Source: Paraspadella gotoi (Eukaryota > Animalia > Chaetognatha). From it: a stretch of 64,000 nt of DNA. Position numbers and translations under genes: made by a program. Below, one piece after another: positions 16,855 to 31,289 of this stretch (the stretch's first letter is position 1; each line of letters begins with the position of its first letter). The DNA lies in the NCBI GenBank assembly GCA_051294375.1, contig CM119267.1, positions 937,601-1,001,600 on the forward strand, written 5' to 3'. Below the pieces are notes generated by a model that searched no databases, had not been told where the DNA came from, and worked only from the letters and a program-made list of their open reading frames with translations.

Positions 16855-19800
16855 TTAAGTTGATGCAGAATCCTCGTCTGCTTCTTTCTGATTGTCGTTT
16901 ATCTGTGTGGATTGAATTTCTCGCTCAGCGGATGAGTTATCGAGAGCGGGGCCATCCGATCCATAATTATCAGAGCTTTGCTCCAAATTTACCGTGGAAG
17001 GATCGGGGTCATTGATCACCTCTTTGTCGTTAGATTGTCCACGATATTGTCTCCGACAGGACTTCGACGTAGCGTCTTTGTCTTTGATCGAAGAATCGGA
17101 AATCCTTTCTTCGCTTTTCTCTTCGTCGTTTTCCAATTCCATCATCGCTGAGGGAGAATTTCCTATTTCGTCATCCGCTTTATCGTCACAATTCGATTCC
17201 ATGGATTTCGAATATTTTTCTTCACTTTCTGATCTATTTTTAGACACGTTTTCCTTCAGAGTCTTCATTAATTCACCTTCTCCATTTTGAGTCTCGTTTT
17301 GTTTTGATCCCTCGGTTTTTTTGTCAGTTTTGTTTTCGTCCGCTCCCTTATTTTGATCTTCCGCTTCGGCTTCATCCTCGATGGCTTCTGGCTGCTCGAC
17401 CGCTTCCGGCTGCTCGACCGCTTCCTCCTCGTTTCCTCGGGAGTTTTCGTTGAGGACGATTGACTCGGATTTCGAATATTTTTCTTCACTTTCTGATCTA
17501 TTTTTAGACACGTTTTCTTTCCAAGTCTTCATTAATTCACCTTCTCCATTTTGAGTCTCGTTTTGTTTTGATCCCTCGGTTTTTTTGTCAGTTTTGTTTT
17601 CGCTCACTCCTTTATTTCGATCTTCCACTTCGGCTTCATCCTCGACCGCTTCTGGCTGCTCGACCGCTTCCTCCTCGTTTCCTTGAGAGTTTTTGTCGAG
17701 GACGATTGACTCGGATTTCGAATATTTTTCTTCACTTTCTGATCTATTTTTAGACACATTTTCTTTCCGAGTCATCATTAATTCACCTTCTCCATTTTGA
17801 GTCTCGTTTTGTTTTGTCTCGGTTTTTTTGTCAGTTTTGTTTTCGCTCACTCCTTTATTTCGATCTTCCACTTCGGCTTCATCCTCGACCGCTTCTGGCT
17901 GCTCGACCGCTTCCTCCTCGTTTCCTGAGAGTTTTTGTCGAGGACGATTGACTCGGATTTCGAATATTTTTCTTCACTTTCTGATCTATTTTTAGACACA
18001 GTTTTCTTTCCGAGTCATCATTAATTCACCTTCTCCATTTTGAGTCTCGTTTTGTTTTGATCCCTCGGTTTCTTTGTCAGTTTTGTTTTGTCCGCTCCCT
18101 TATTTCGATCTTCCACTTCGGCTTCATCCTCGATCGCTTCTGGCTGCTCGACCGCTTCCGCCTCCTCCAACGCTTCCTCCTCGTTTCCTCGAGAGTTTTC
18201 GTCGAGGACGATCGACTCGGGAATCGCGGAAGCAGCAGTGTTGCTTGCCTCGATGACTTTAAGGCATTCAATGTCATCGTCGACGGTTGGTGAATCGAGC
18301 TCCTCCACCTCTGGAGATCCCACGGCGGTCCTTTGATTCTTTCGACCTCCGCCGCTGCCTCCGACGCCGCCGCCGCCGCCGCCGCCGCCGTGGAGCATCC
18401 TGTCCTTGGTGGCGGCGGCGATGGCACCACCGAGATCGATGTTCTTACAGGGAAATCCGAACTCGCGAAAAACCATGTGATCATTAACGACGACGGTGTA
18501 GATCGGAGGTCGAATCCCGTGCCTCCCGACGAGATGAGCCTTTAGATCGATCTCTTGTCCCATGATGGATCCGCACATGTAGCAAAGGAACCATAAACAT
18601 TGAGAGCTCAGCTTGTTGACGAACGAGTATCGTTTCTTTTCGTACTCGCGCTGATCAAAGTTTTCGTCCGTTCGATCCGTGACGCTGTAGAAATTGCGGA
18701 GCAGCGGCATCTCGATCCCGTGTTCGCTGATGAGATGAAGGTGGATATGAATGGGTTGCAGCATCATAGACATGCATAGTTTGCAGTTGTAGACGATCAT
18801 CGGGGCCGTGTCCCCTTGGCTTTCGGAATACCAAGAGTCCTTGTCCGGAATGGGAGGATGGTCTTCGTCGTCGTCGTCGGTCACGTTGTCCCGCTTGTTG
18901 AAGATTCTCTTGACCAAGGCTTGCTGCACAAGGGGCAATCCTTGATGCAGATTGTGGTGATCGGATTGCACGTGTTCCACGCAGTCTTGCATTTTTTTGA
19001 ACCATCGCTGACAGAATCTGCAGGTGTAAAGCTCGACGTACTCTCGCGCATGGGCGGTGTTGAGATGACTCATCAAGAAAGGCATGAGTTTAAATTGTTG
19101 ATAACAGAGAGGACACGTGGTCCCTGATCCCGTTGACTGAAATCCTTGATTTTTTTCGTACATCCTCGATTTTCCGGCGACAATTTCTTGGATTTCGATC
19201 ACAGGTTTTCCAGTGGAGACGGACATCAAGTTAATCATCTCCTCTTTACTCTGATAAAAGGAAAAAGTCCTCGCCTCTTCCGCTCCGTAGCTCAACTCCT
19301 CCACCGAAGACTTTTGTCCGTTCATGAGACGGACGACGGCCCAAAGACGATCCTCGGGAACGACCTCGGAAAACTTGTCCTTCTTTCTCTTGGAAAATCG
19401 ATGCTGAAGGACAAAGTGACTAAGGAATTGCGTGTGATCAACGTCGGGATGTTCTTCCGGCGGTTGATGATCTTCCCCTCGCTGTTTGGAGGTATGCAAA
19501 GAGTGAGAGGAGTTGAGATGAGAAAGGAGACCGTTGAAGGAAGGAAAAACTAAATTGCAGATTCCGCAGGGAAACTCGGCCGAGGGTTGAAGAGATTCTC
19601 GCAACTTGCGGATTTTGCTTTGGGTCGGCGTCTTGCCGTCAGCGGAGGCCGAAGCGGAGGCGGAAGCGGCGGTAGCGACAGTAGCGACAGTAGCGGCGGC
19701 GGCTGCGGCTGCGTTGGATTTGTTGATTTTCAAGACGCAATTGACACAGAGACAATCGTCGAGATGTTGATTGGTATCGATATCGAGGATCGTCATGGGA

Positions 19801-22023
19801 AATTTCTTGTAGAAAGGATCGAATCTTTTCTCTTGCGAGATTTCGATTCTTTTCGAAACGAATTCAGTGACGAAGGAGAGTTTGTACTGAGTGTCCATCA
19901 CAAACTTTCTCACGTTTTCTTTCGTCATTAGACTCCAGGCTTCCAAGTTGAACGTGAACCTCTTCACAAAATGTTGAGTCGAGACGAGAGACAAATTGTG
20001 AGCGGACATCATGTGGTCGAACAATTCCCTGACGCCGCCGCGTTTTTCGGAACAAGTGGAGCATTCGTAGATGGATTCGTGGAAATGCTTGGAGCAGATG
20101 TGCTCCTCGAGATAGAGCCACTTGGCGAACTTGATGTTGCACATTCCACAGACGGGCGCGCAAGGTGGTTTCGCCATTTGTCGACGCAAACGCTCTTCGT
20201 CGGAAAGATTATTTTGGGTTAAGGACTGAACGGTCAAGATTTGAGGCAGAGTCGTGACCGAACTGACTTTAGCAGCGGCGATGGCGGAGGAGGAGGATGA
20301 AGAGGAGGAGAGGATCGCGTTGCGGAGGTGAGGTGAGGTGAGGTGATTCGTTGAGTTCGTCACCAAAATCTGATTCTGAGGAAGAAGATTTTGCGAGGAA
20401 GTCGAAGGATTTAGAGAGAGAAGATTCGGCGTCGCCGTCGTCGCCGCCTGTTCTTTATCGCCGACGATGGGAATGGGTTCCTCCATCCCGGGAACTTTGA
20501 CCGCGTGGACGTTTTGAGCGCGGAGACGCTGAGCCAAAGCCTCGGGCACTTGGAAAAGGACGGAAGTTTTCGAAGAGGGTTTTGGAAGAATGGTTGGAAT
20601 CTTGAGCGCCGTTCCCGACACGATAGAAGAGGGCGCCAACGAAGCGAAACTCAATGAGGGATTCGGCGCCGAAGAGGCGACGGGCGCCGTCAAGACGGGG
20701 AGACCGGAGATGATCTTGGCGGAGGCGGCGCTAGCGAGAAGACCGCCGCCAACGCCGCCGACAACCGAGGAGGAAGAGCCGATATTGGCCGCGGATTGTT
20801 TCAAGACTTGCGTCGTCAAACTCTGAACGCTCGGCAGCGTCACGGGCGTGGCGATGACGGGCAACGTCAATGGCTTGCCGATTACGGGCACGTTGCCCGG
20901 AAGAGATTTCATCGAGGCCGGCGCCACCGACGTTGGCGCAGATGAGGCCGGCACAGTTGGCTCCAACGTGATCGACGTCGGAACCGCGGGCGAGACGATT
21001 GGAGAGTGACGTTCGATTTGACTGAACCTCCCGCGACGCAACGATTGAAAGACGGGATTAAAATCTGGGTCGTCGTCGTCGTCGCGTCGCCGGCGTTTCT
21101 TGTGAGGGGTATCGTTGTCGTCGTCGTCGTCGCTATCATCATCGTCATCTTCGTCGATGATGACCGGTTTGGCTCTTGGTGGTTTAAGGTGAGGAAGATC
21201 GAGCACGACCCGATTCCTCTTTCCGTTTTCGTATTTGCGCGGGCGACCGCGAGGCTTAGAATAAGTGTAGGTGTGATCGTGGATCTTCCTATCGTCGAAA
21301 AAGTCTTCAAAGTCGTTGCAGTCGAAGGCGGCGCTGCTCAGGGATTTACGAGTCCCAAAGGTGAGAGGCGCTCGGTGTTTCGGTGGGCGACCACGTGTTC
21401 GAGTCGGTGGGCGAGAGTTGCGTCGTTGTCGACCCGAATCTTGAAAAGGAGGAGGGGAAGAAGGAAGAGCAACATGAAGAGAACTGGCCTTAGATTTAGA
21501 ATAAGAAACTTAGGATTTTTTCAAATTAAGGGCGCCTTGAATTAGGAATGGAAAAAATTCAAATCTCTAAAGAGATCCTTTTCAATAAATGTAATTTAAC
21601 TGTTTACAGTTATCGGGTTAACAATTTTCTTCTGTCACCATTTTCTTAACATTTCTCCCCTAATAACCTCACCATTTCTACCCAAAATTTCTCACCATTT
21701 CTCCCTCTGAGACAATCTTCTTCCTCATCGTCCAAAATCTCCGGCATCGGATAAGCGGAGAGAACTTTCTCCGTGAGTCTCGTCAATTTGACGACGCAAC
21801 GACGCCTTTTCGCCTCCGCTATCATCGTCGCAACTTCGTCGTCGCCTTCGGCTATGTGAGCCTCGATGTTGGAGCCAACGACGATGTCGTCTTCGCTATT
21901 GGAACTCGTCGTCGTCGTCGTCTTCGGCGGAGACTCCGCCTCCTTGAGGGGAATTTCGAGGAGGCTGTCCGAGTCGGAGTCGTTAGAATCCATCGTCGAC
22001 GGAGACGTAGGGTCAGAGGTCAT
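16855..22023 (-). CDS. Large multi-C2H2 zinc-finger protein with acidic tandem-repeat C-terminal tail (frameshifts in the repeat as assembled)
   Basis: Dispersed C2H2 motifs (CGMC..HICSKH, CSTC..HMMSAH, CGIC..HLNSSH, CPLC..HLNTAH, CRFC..HVQSDH, CKLC..HLISEH, CYMC..HLVGRH); first coding exon ~22023-21698, large exon from ~21440. Confidence 0.8.
17205..18220. repeat. ~240-255 bp coding tandem repeat, ~4 copies (~80-aa Glu/Lys/Asn-rich unit)
   Basis: Recurring ENVSKNRSESEEKYSKSESIVL..NS.GNEEEAVEQPEA unit in ORFs 16855-17871 and the end of 18021-21206. Confidence 0.9.
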
Positions 22024-22680
22024 CGAGAATAAAGGGTCAAGGGGTCAGAGGTCGTCGAGAATAAAGGGTCATGCTTACAAGGTCAAGTAGATACATAGAT
22101 ATGGTGAAGGAGGTGCAGTCTCTCTTAATGGATTTAATAGTCTACATCCGCAGCTTCAGTTTATTTCGTCGACGCCCGTTGTCATGGTTGCTCAATTGTC
22201 TTTGGACAATTGAATTAAAACTGATTGCTTTATCATCTTAAATTCGACGAAGGCAGTTTGTGGATTTGTAATATTAACGTTCGACGAAGACAATGAACCT
22301 CGTCTCTTGACCGCCGAGTTACGAGTGATATTAAGTTGGGGTCGCGTAAGAAACTTAGGCTCGATGGCATCGACTACAAAATATCACGACTGAAATGAAA
22401 AACGGGAACTGAATTTGGCAAAAGCTAAAATGATTTTTAATTCATAATCGAATACGAAAAAATAGTAACTAACTCACCCAAATCCTAACTCTCCACAACA
22501 ATCTTTCTCTTTTTGAAAAGGAATGAAAAAATGACAATTTTTTATTCTACAAACTCGATGTTCGACAAATTTTTCATTTTCGCAAGAAAATAAAAAAAAA
22601 CTGGAAAAACATTTATCTCGGAAATTGTTAGAAAAATCAGAAGATTTCTAGGAAATATTAAAAGTCTCTTTCTTCTTTTT

Positions 22681-23362
22681 TTACGAGTTGGAGTTGGGTC
22701 CCTTCTTCCTCCCGAAAGTAGCGACGACGTTGACGAATCTCCTGTTGTACTGAATTCGTCGTCTCGCTCTCCCAGTCTTCTTCTTCTTCTTCTCTTGTTT
22801 CTCCACTTTGGCCGTTTGACCTTTAACCTTGCCCGCGCGGGCCAAGGAGCCGTGGACCTTCCCGCCGAGCAGACGCCCGTTCATCTCGACCGTGCAGAGC
22901 TAAGGGGGGACGGGGAGAGAGAGAGAGCAGAGAAGAGAGGGGGGAAAAAGATTGGAATGAGAGAAAGAAAAGGAGGAAGGGAATCGTTCTGATCCAAAGA
23001 TGATTGAAGATCAGATTCGCCTTTGAGCTCACGATTTGCGGCGGCGGCGAGAGAATCGAGAGAAACTTCGCCCGCCGCTCCTATATCCGTTCTAAAGTCA
23101 TCATTAATAAACCAATCGAAAAATAAAACATTAATAAATAAAGAAACGCAAGCCAAAAGATTATTTCTTGGCTTACCTCTGAGACTCCACAAGCCAGGAG
23201 CGGCTCTGACTCCAGAAGAGGCGACCCATTGAGAGAGAGGACGCGGTCGTCGACATCCTCGAGACCCTCCAAGGCGCAGGCCTTCGCCTTGAGCCACTCC
23301 ACAGTCTCGAACCCCGTCGCCTCGATCGTATGAAGGCTGGAACCGCGAACGAAAAGCTGCAT
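22681..23362 (-). CDS. FAU: Ubiquitin-like FUBI / 40S ribosomal protein S30 fusion, 2 exons (23362-23178, 22900-22681)
   Basis: MQLFVRG...; RLLGG|[46 protein letters not shown]. Confidence 0.97.
23008..23108 (-). ncRNA. Candidate intronic C/D-box sno/scaRNA in the FAU intron
   Basis: Sense strand: box C ATGATGA (23104-23098), guide AGAACGGATAT, D'-like AGGA, GC-rich hairpin, box D CTGA (23014-23011); guide is complementary to U2 GUAUCUGUUCU. Confidence 0.65.
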
Positions 23363-23647
23363 CTTCCTAATTTTAGGTTTTTCAAAATCTTAGACTGAAA
23401 ACTGTTTTTTAATCTTTTTCTTTGTCTTTCTTAAAAATTCCGTTTTGACAATTTACATGACCTACAGGGAAGGACAAAAAACAAAGTAGACTAAGTATAC
23501 AAAAATATGGCACGGAAACGGTCTTGAGAAAAACGCATTTATAAAAGGATAAATAAAAAAAATTCGTTAATATCGAAAACTAGTCGCATATTAATGCCGT
23601 GAAAAATAAGTTAAAAACCGGGAAGAGTCGGAATCATATTCTCATTA

Positions 23648-26283
23648 TCATTTTCCTTCTTCTTCCTCTTCCTCCTCCTCCTCGCTATCTTCGCTCTCCG
23701 TCTCTTCCTCCTCCTTCCTCTCCTTCTCCCTCCTCTCTTTCCTCCTCTCCTTCTTCGCCTTCTCGAAGAAATAGTCAAAAGTGAGTTCCTTGTCAACGAG
23801 GCGTTGGTGTTTGGCCAGCGGCCCGTGGAACTTCCCCACGAACTCCTCCGACTGTTGGACGTCGACGACTCGACGGGCGAAGTCGGCGCCGACGCCTTCA
23901 ACGCCCAAGTCGGTCACGTGATTGAAGAGCTGCTCCGGCGTTTGCGTCGAGTGGAGGCCTTGACGTTTAAAGAACTTGGACACGTTCACGCAATCCCTAT
24001 GGATGATTGAAAATGTCGATTAAATTCGAAGTATTTTAAAACAATAATTACAGTCAAATTTATGTAGACTAGCACTTAGGAATAATCTTCCAACGATCTT
24101 TCCGCACCTGAACAAAAACTCGAGCGCATTGGGATGAATGAGTTCCACGGATTGGCTGACGTCGATGAGCCAAACGTGCGACGCGTGCCACAACAGATTA
24201 TATTCGCTGAGGTCCGCGTGCACGAGTCCCGCCGTCTCGAACATCGTCTTCATCGCGCGAACGGTCTGCGCATGCGCCGCTTCCAGCTGCGTGGCCGAGA
24301 GAGCCGCGTCCTTGAGCTTCGGCGCCGCCTGACGGTCGGCGCCGATGAAGGACATGACGAGCACGTGTTTCTTGAGGGAAACGACTTCGGGACAGGGGAC
24401 GCCGGAGCGGCGAAGGCGGCTCAGGTTGTGCATTTCCTTTTCGGCCCAGAGTCTGATGATCTGAAGGAAGATTAATAGAAATACTAAAATATATATTATT
24501 AATTATAAAAATAAAATAAACACGTTTGAAAGATGGAGGAACCTTTCTGGGATTCTGCTTCTTGTATCCCTGAGCGGGAAGGCGATGATCTCCCTTCATG
24601 TATTCCTCCCTTCGCTTGAACTCGTTCAAACTCGTCTTGAAAACCTTGATTGCGCATTCGGACGGGATGGCGCGCTCCTTCACGCTGCCTCCTTTAATAA
24701 TAACAATTAAATCAAAAATTAATACACAAATTAATTAAAATAAATAGAATTTATAGAGAATAATTCCAGTTGGGCGTGATACCCTTTGCATAGATGACGA
24801 CGGATTCCTTCCCCGTGCTGATCGTTCCATGAACTTCTGACACGACGCCAGAGTTCACAAGTTTGTAGAGCAAAAGTCGCGTCCGCGGATCGAGCGCCAT
24901 CTCCGCCGTCGACTGGTCAACTTTGTCGCGGACTTTTTGAGAGACTTTCAGCTCTTTGTGGGAGTAGACCTTGAAATGGGGGGGGTGGGAAGGGAGAGAA
25001 AACAATAAATAATAAGTTAAAGGTCATATTAATAGATAATTAACTTGATAAGTAACTCGTTAAATATTAATTAAACTGGACTCAAACCTTCAAATCGTTG
25101 TAGACGGAATTGGGAAGCCTCATCTCGATGGCGTCGGCGTCGCCCGTCTCGAATTCGGGCGGGAAATTCATGACGCGATCCGCGTTGCGTTTGTTGCCCG
25201 TTTCGATATCGTGCTTGCTCTTTCCCTTTCCTGAAAAAAAAAGAAAAAAAGGAAGCTCATCAATGAGAAACTGAGTTGACATTGAAGGACTCAACTCGAG
25301 AGATTAAAACCTGGAGTGACTCCAGTGAATCTCATATTAAAACCTGGAGTGACTCCAGTGAATCTCATATTAAAACCTGGAGTGACTCCAGTGAATCTCA
25401 TATTAAAACCTGGAGTGACCCCCAGTGAATCTCATATTAAAACCTGGAGTGACTCCAGTGAATCTCATATTAAAACCTGGAGTGATTCCAGTGAATCTCA
25501 GATTGGGGATTTTGAGTTTCTCTTCTCTGACTTCGAGATCGAGATCACAGTTCGCCTCCATCTCCTTCTCCACCGGGTGAAGGGGAGTGAAATTGCGATA
25601 GGACAGAGTCACTTTCGAGTTGCGGTTCACGTGATTCTCTCGACGCGAGAGGTCAGCGTCGTACTCCTTGTCGAACTCCAGCTGCAGCATTTGAGCGAGG
25701 AGGAGATCCGAGTCCGTCGCGGAAGATGCCGCTGCAGCTGCAGCAGGGGTGTGAAAAGGAAAATTATTTTAAAATACCAAAAAGAAAAGGAAGGTGAAAA
25801 GAAAAGAAAAGAAAAGAAAAGAAAAGAAACCAAGTACGGAGTTAAAAAAACACCATACCCAAACCAGATCTTACCCGTCGTCCTCTTCGCTTCCTCCTTC
25901 GACAATTCCATCGCCAATTTCAAATCTTCCTCTTCCTCCTCCTCCTCCTCCTCCTTTTCACGAGTCTTAATCTTGTTCTCCTCTTCGTCGGCCAACTGAG
26001 CCGCCAGCTCTTCGCTCATGATGTCGGTCAACTTGGGCGGCGCCGATTTTCGGTCCCAAACGGAGGAAGCGGCGCCGTGGTCGACGGAGGGAGTGGCGCC
26101 CCAGGGAGACGAGGCGGCGCCCCAAGGAGAGGCGGATGGCCTCGGGTCGAGCGAGGCGACCCCGGTCTTTTCCGGTTGAGAGTCGGTGACCAACTCTGCC
26201 CGAGTCTCGATGGGTCGAGCGACGCCGGGGAAATCCGGCGCCGGGACGGATGGCAAATCGGCGATGGCGGGGGCGCTGGCCAT
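23648..26283 (-). CDS. RIOK3: Serine/threonine kinase RIO3, multi-exon
   Basis: LTDIMSEELAAQL; MLQLEFDKEYDADLSRRENHVNRNSKV; ISTGKESVV; ECAIKVFKTSLNEFK; LVHADLSEYNLLW..WLIDVSQSVE..HPNALEFLFR. Confidence 0.95.
25306..25500. repeat. 33-bp tandem repeat (~6 copies) spanning a RIOK3 exon/intron junction
   Basis: taaaacctggagtgactccagtgaatctcatat units; internal palindrome CTGGAG-tga-CTCCAG. Confidence 0.92.
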
Positions 26284-27197
26284 TTTCCTTTTTTATATCA
26301 CAGATAAGCGAAGATAATGAAGATGATGATGTTCCTGAGACTAGAATTCGCGGGTCCGTCGTTCAGTTGATCCTTCGATCCGTCGATCCGTTTGTTGTTT
26401 TGGAAAGGCACGCAAGATTAAATGGCGAAACAGTTTTTGTTTTTTGTTTTGTTTTGTCAATCGAAAACGACGAACGCGTTTTTAACTTGAAATAAAAAAA
26501 AGTAAGAAAATTCTTTTAAATGAAGCTTTTTTTTTCAAGACTTCTTTAAATTTTTATTTAATTTTCTTCTAAATACAGAAGCAAGAGATATAAACCCGCC
26601 TTCGTTCTTCTCTTTAGATCGATTAGAGTTTTTTTGTAATTGAAAAAAACAAAATTAAAACATGGTTGAATTAATTGAAATAAACGATTTTTTAACAAGA
26701 AATCGAGAAGCGAAAACGTTAATTTTTTGTTTTGTTTTGTTTTTGTTTTTTGTTTGGTTTAACAAGAAAATTGAATTAAAACGAACACGAAGGTTAATTT
26801 AAGAAAACTAACAGTCGCACAAACTCGCTCGAAGCGACAACAGAGAAAAATTCGCAAAAAAAGGGAAAATAATCGTTAAAACGAGAAAAAAAATGGGAAA
26901 ACATTTTTTTCCGTTCGAACGAACAAAAAATTCCGATTTGATGAGAAAAAAGTTCGTACGAGAAAAAAAAAGGGGGGGGAAAGACATAGAAGCGAAAGTT
27001 TGTCAAAATACCCTAATATTCTTATTCTAGCTTTTTTTTAATATATATTTATTTTGTTGGTGTGTGTCGAGGGGGCATAGAAGCGGGTTGGCGCGGATGA
27101 ATCAGAGATTCTGAAACTCTTGCGCAATCCAAAGAAAAAAAAACCAAGAGAACATGTCTTTGTGGTTGTTGTTGTTGTCGTTGTCGTTGTTGCGAAA

Positions 27198-28378
<1,181 letters not shown>

Positions 28379-28715
28379 TTTTCTTTTTCTTGATATAAAA
28401 GTTTGTTTTTTCAAAAATATGGCAATTGGATAAAATAGAGAAATACTAGCCTGAGAAAATAAAAGAACATTTTGCTTAACGATTGTTTTTTGTTTTTTTT
28501 CTATTTTTTTTTTCAATAAAAATAAAAATTAATGGCACAAAAAAGTAGGAATGTGTAATTATAAAAGAAAAGGCACGTAACGAAATATAAAATTCACACA
28601 GAATTTGTGCGATAATTTTTGTTCTGTTTTCAATATTCGTCCTCCTTGTAACGATAACGACAAGATAACGATAACAATAAGAGGATGAAGAAAAAAGATA
28701 ACAGATAGATAAGAT

Positions 28716-31289
28716 TCAAGCAGAGCACATGGTGCAGGCCTCTTTGTTCTTCAACGAACACATGAGCGCCTCTTCGTTCTCTTGACGCTCCTTGAGAACG
28801 GCGGCGGTGACGGTCATCTCCTCCGCGGACGTCGCCACTTTGACCGGCGTCGTTTTCGGCGCCACATTTTCGTCGACGCCATTGGGCGCCACGTTTTCCT
28901 TGAAGGCGGCCACTTTGGATTTGTCCAGAGTGAACTAGAGAAAAAGGAGAGCAAGTTAATAAAAAAACAGGGCAAGTTAATAAAAAAATATGGCAAGTTA
29001 AATTCAAAATTAAGAAACAAGACAACCTTACGCTAAACCCACCTGAATGGCATTGACAGCCGGTCTGGACCGCAAGTAGTACATCCCCGTCTTAAGCCCT
29101 TTCTTCCATGCGTAAAAATGCATGGAGGTGATCTTCCCGTAACTCGGTTCCGCGATATGAATGTTGAGTGACATTGACTGGTCGATAAAGGCGCCCCTGT
29201 CGGCGGCCATGTTGATGATCTGCTTCTGACTGATCTCCCACACGGTCTTGTAAAGATCGCGGACCTCCTTGGGGATTCTCTCGATGTTCTGGATGGATCC
29301 GTTGTTGGCGATGATGAGATTCTTCATGTCTTCGTCCCAAACTCCCATCTCGGTTAAGTCCTTGAGCAAGTGATGATTAACGACCATGAATTCTCCCGAG
29401 AGGACGCGACGAGTGTAGATGTTGGAAGTGTAGGCTTCGATAGATTCGTTGTTGCCGAGAATCTGCGCCGTCGACGCCGTCGGCATCGGCGCCAGCAGCA
29501 GAGAATTGCGGACGCCGCTCTCGCCAATTTTCGCGCGGAGGGCGGTCCAATTCCAGAGCTCGGTGGGCGTGGTGTCCCACATGTCGAACTGAAGGACGCC
29601 CTTGCTGATCGGCGATCCCTGATAGGTCTCGTAGGGGCCGAATTCGGCCGCGAGCTCGGCCGAGGCCTCCAAGGCACCGTAGTAGATGGTCTCGAAGATC
29701 TGCTTGTTGAGTAGAGCCGCCTCGGGACTCTCGAAGGGATAACGCATGAGGATGAAGGCGTCGGCGAGTCCTTGGACTCCGATGCCGATCGGGCGATGGC
29801 GCTTGTTGGATCTTTCCGCCTCAGGAATCGGATAGAAGTTGATTTCGATGATTTTGTTGAGATTTCTGGTGATCACCTTGGCGACGTATTTGAGCTTCTC
29901 GAAGTCGTAGGTCTTGTCCGGTCGGACGAACATGTTGAGAGCGATGGAGGCCAAGTTGCAGACGGCCACCTCCTTGTCGTCGGAATATTCGATGACCTCG
30001 GTGCAGAGATTGCTGCACTTGATGGTGCCGAGGTTCTGCTGATTAGACTTTCCATTGCAGGCGTCTTTGTACAGCATGTATGGCGTCCCGGTCTCGGTCT
30101 GGCTCTCGATAATGGCGTACCACAATTTCTGCGCCTTGATGGTCTTTCTTCCGCGACCTTCCTTCTCGTACTGCTCGTACAACTCATCGAACTTGTTGCC
30201 CCAAACGTCTTGAAGTCCAGGACATTCGCTGGGACACATAAGGGTCCAGTCACCGTTGCTCTCGACCCTCTTCATGAAGAGGTCGGGGATCCAGAGGCCG
30301 AAGAAAAGATCCCTGGCCCGATTCTCTTCTTTGCCCGTGTTCTTTTTCGCCTCAAGGAAATCGAAGATGTCCGCGTGCCAGGGCTCCAAGTAGATGGCGA
30401 AAGCGCCGGGCCTCTTGTTGCCGCCCTGGTCCACATAGCGGGCCGTGTTATTGAAGACTCGCATCATGGGTAAGAGGCCGTTGGAAGTACCGTTGGTGCC
30501 AGCAATGTAGGAGCCAGAGGCCCGGATGTTGTGGATGTTGAGGCCGATACCGCCGGCCGACTTGGAGATGAGGGCGCACTGCTTGAGTGTGTCGTAGATG
30601 CCTTCGATGGAATCATCCTTCATCGTGAGTAGAAAGCAACTGGAAAGCTGAGGTCGGCAAGTGCCCGAGTTGAAGAGAGTAGGGGAGGCGTGGGTGAACC
30701 ACTTCTCCGACAGCAGGTTGTAGGTCTCGATAGCAGCGTCGATGTTCTCCTGGTGGATGCCCACGGAGACCCTCATCAAGAGGTGCTGCGGCCGCTCGGC
30801 CGGCTTCCCGTTGATCTTGAGTAGGTAGGACCTTTCCAGGGTTTTGAAGCCGAAGTAGTTGTACTGAAAGTCGCGATCAAAGACGATGGCGGCGTTGAGT
30901 CGATCCGCGTTGTCGAGAACGATGCGATGGGTCTTCTCGTCAACCAGCGGCGACCAGACTCCGTTCTTGGGGTTCTTGTAAGACCTCAGGTCCTCGATGA
31001 CCTCGGAAAAGACTTTTTTGGTCTCCTTGTGTAGATTGGAGACAGCGATGCGAGCGGCGAGGGTTGCGTAGTCGGGATGCTTGGTCGTCATCGTCGCCGC
31101 AGTTTCCGCAGCCAAGTTGTCAAGCTCCACGGTGGTTACGCCATTGTAGAGGCCGGCGATGACCTTTTGCGCCACCTTCACAGGCTCCACAAAATCTGAG
31201 TTGAGGCCATAGCAGAGCTTAGAGATCCGCGAGGTGATCTTATCAAAGTGAATGTCCTCTCTGCGACCGCCACGTTTGATCACGTACAT
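28716..31289 (-). CDS. RRM1: Ribonucleoside-diphosphate reductase large subunit (2 exons: 31289-29043, ~28933-28716)
   Basis: ATP-cone [22 protein letters not shown]; CSNLCTE; [16 protein letters not shown]; KTGMYYLR; C-terminal [14 protein letters not shown]. Confidence 0.98.

Noticed and set aside
25306-25500. 33-bp palindromic repeats resembling a CRISPR array
   Set aside because: Units are head-to-tail without unique spacers, derive from a RIOK3 exon end, and there are no cas genes in this eukaryotic context
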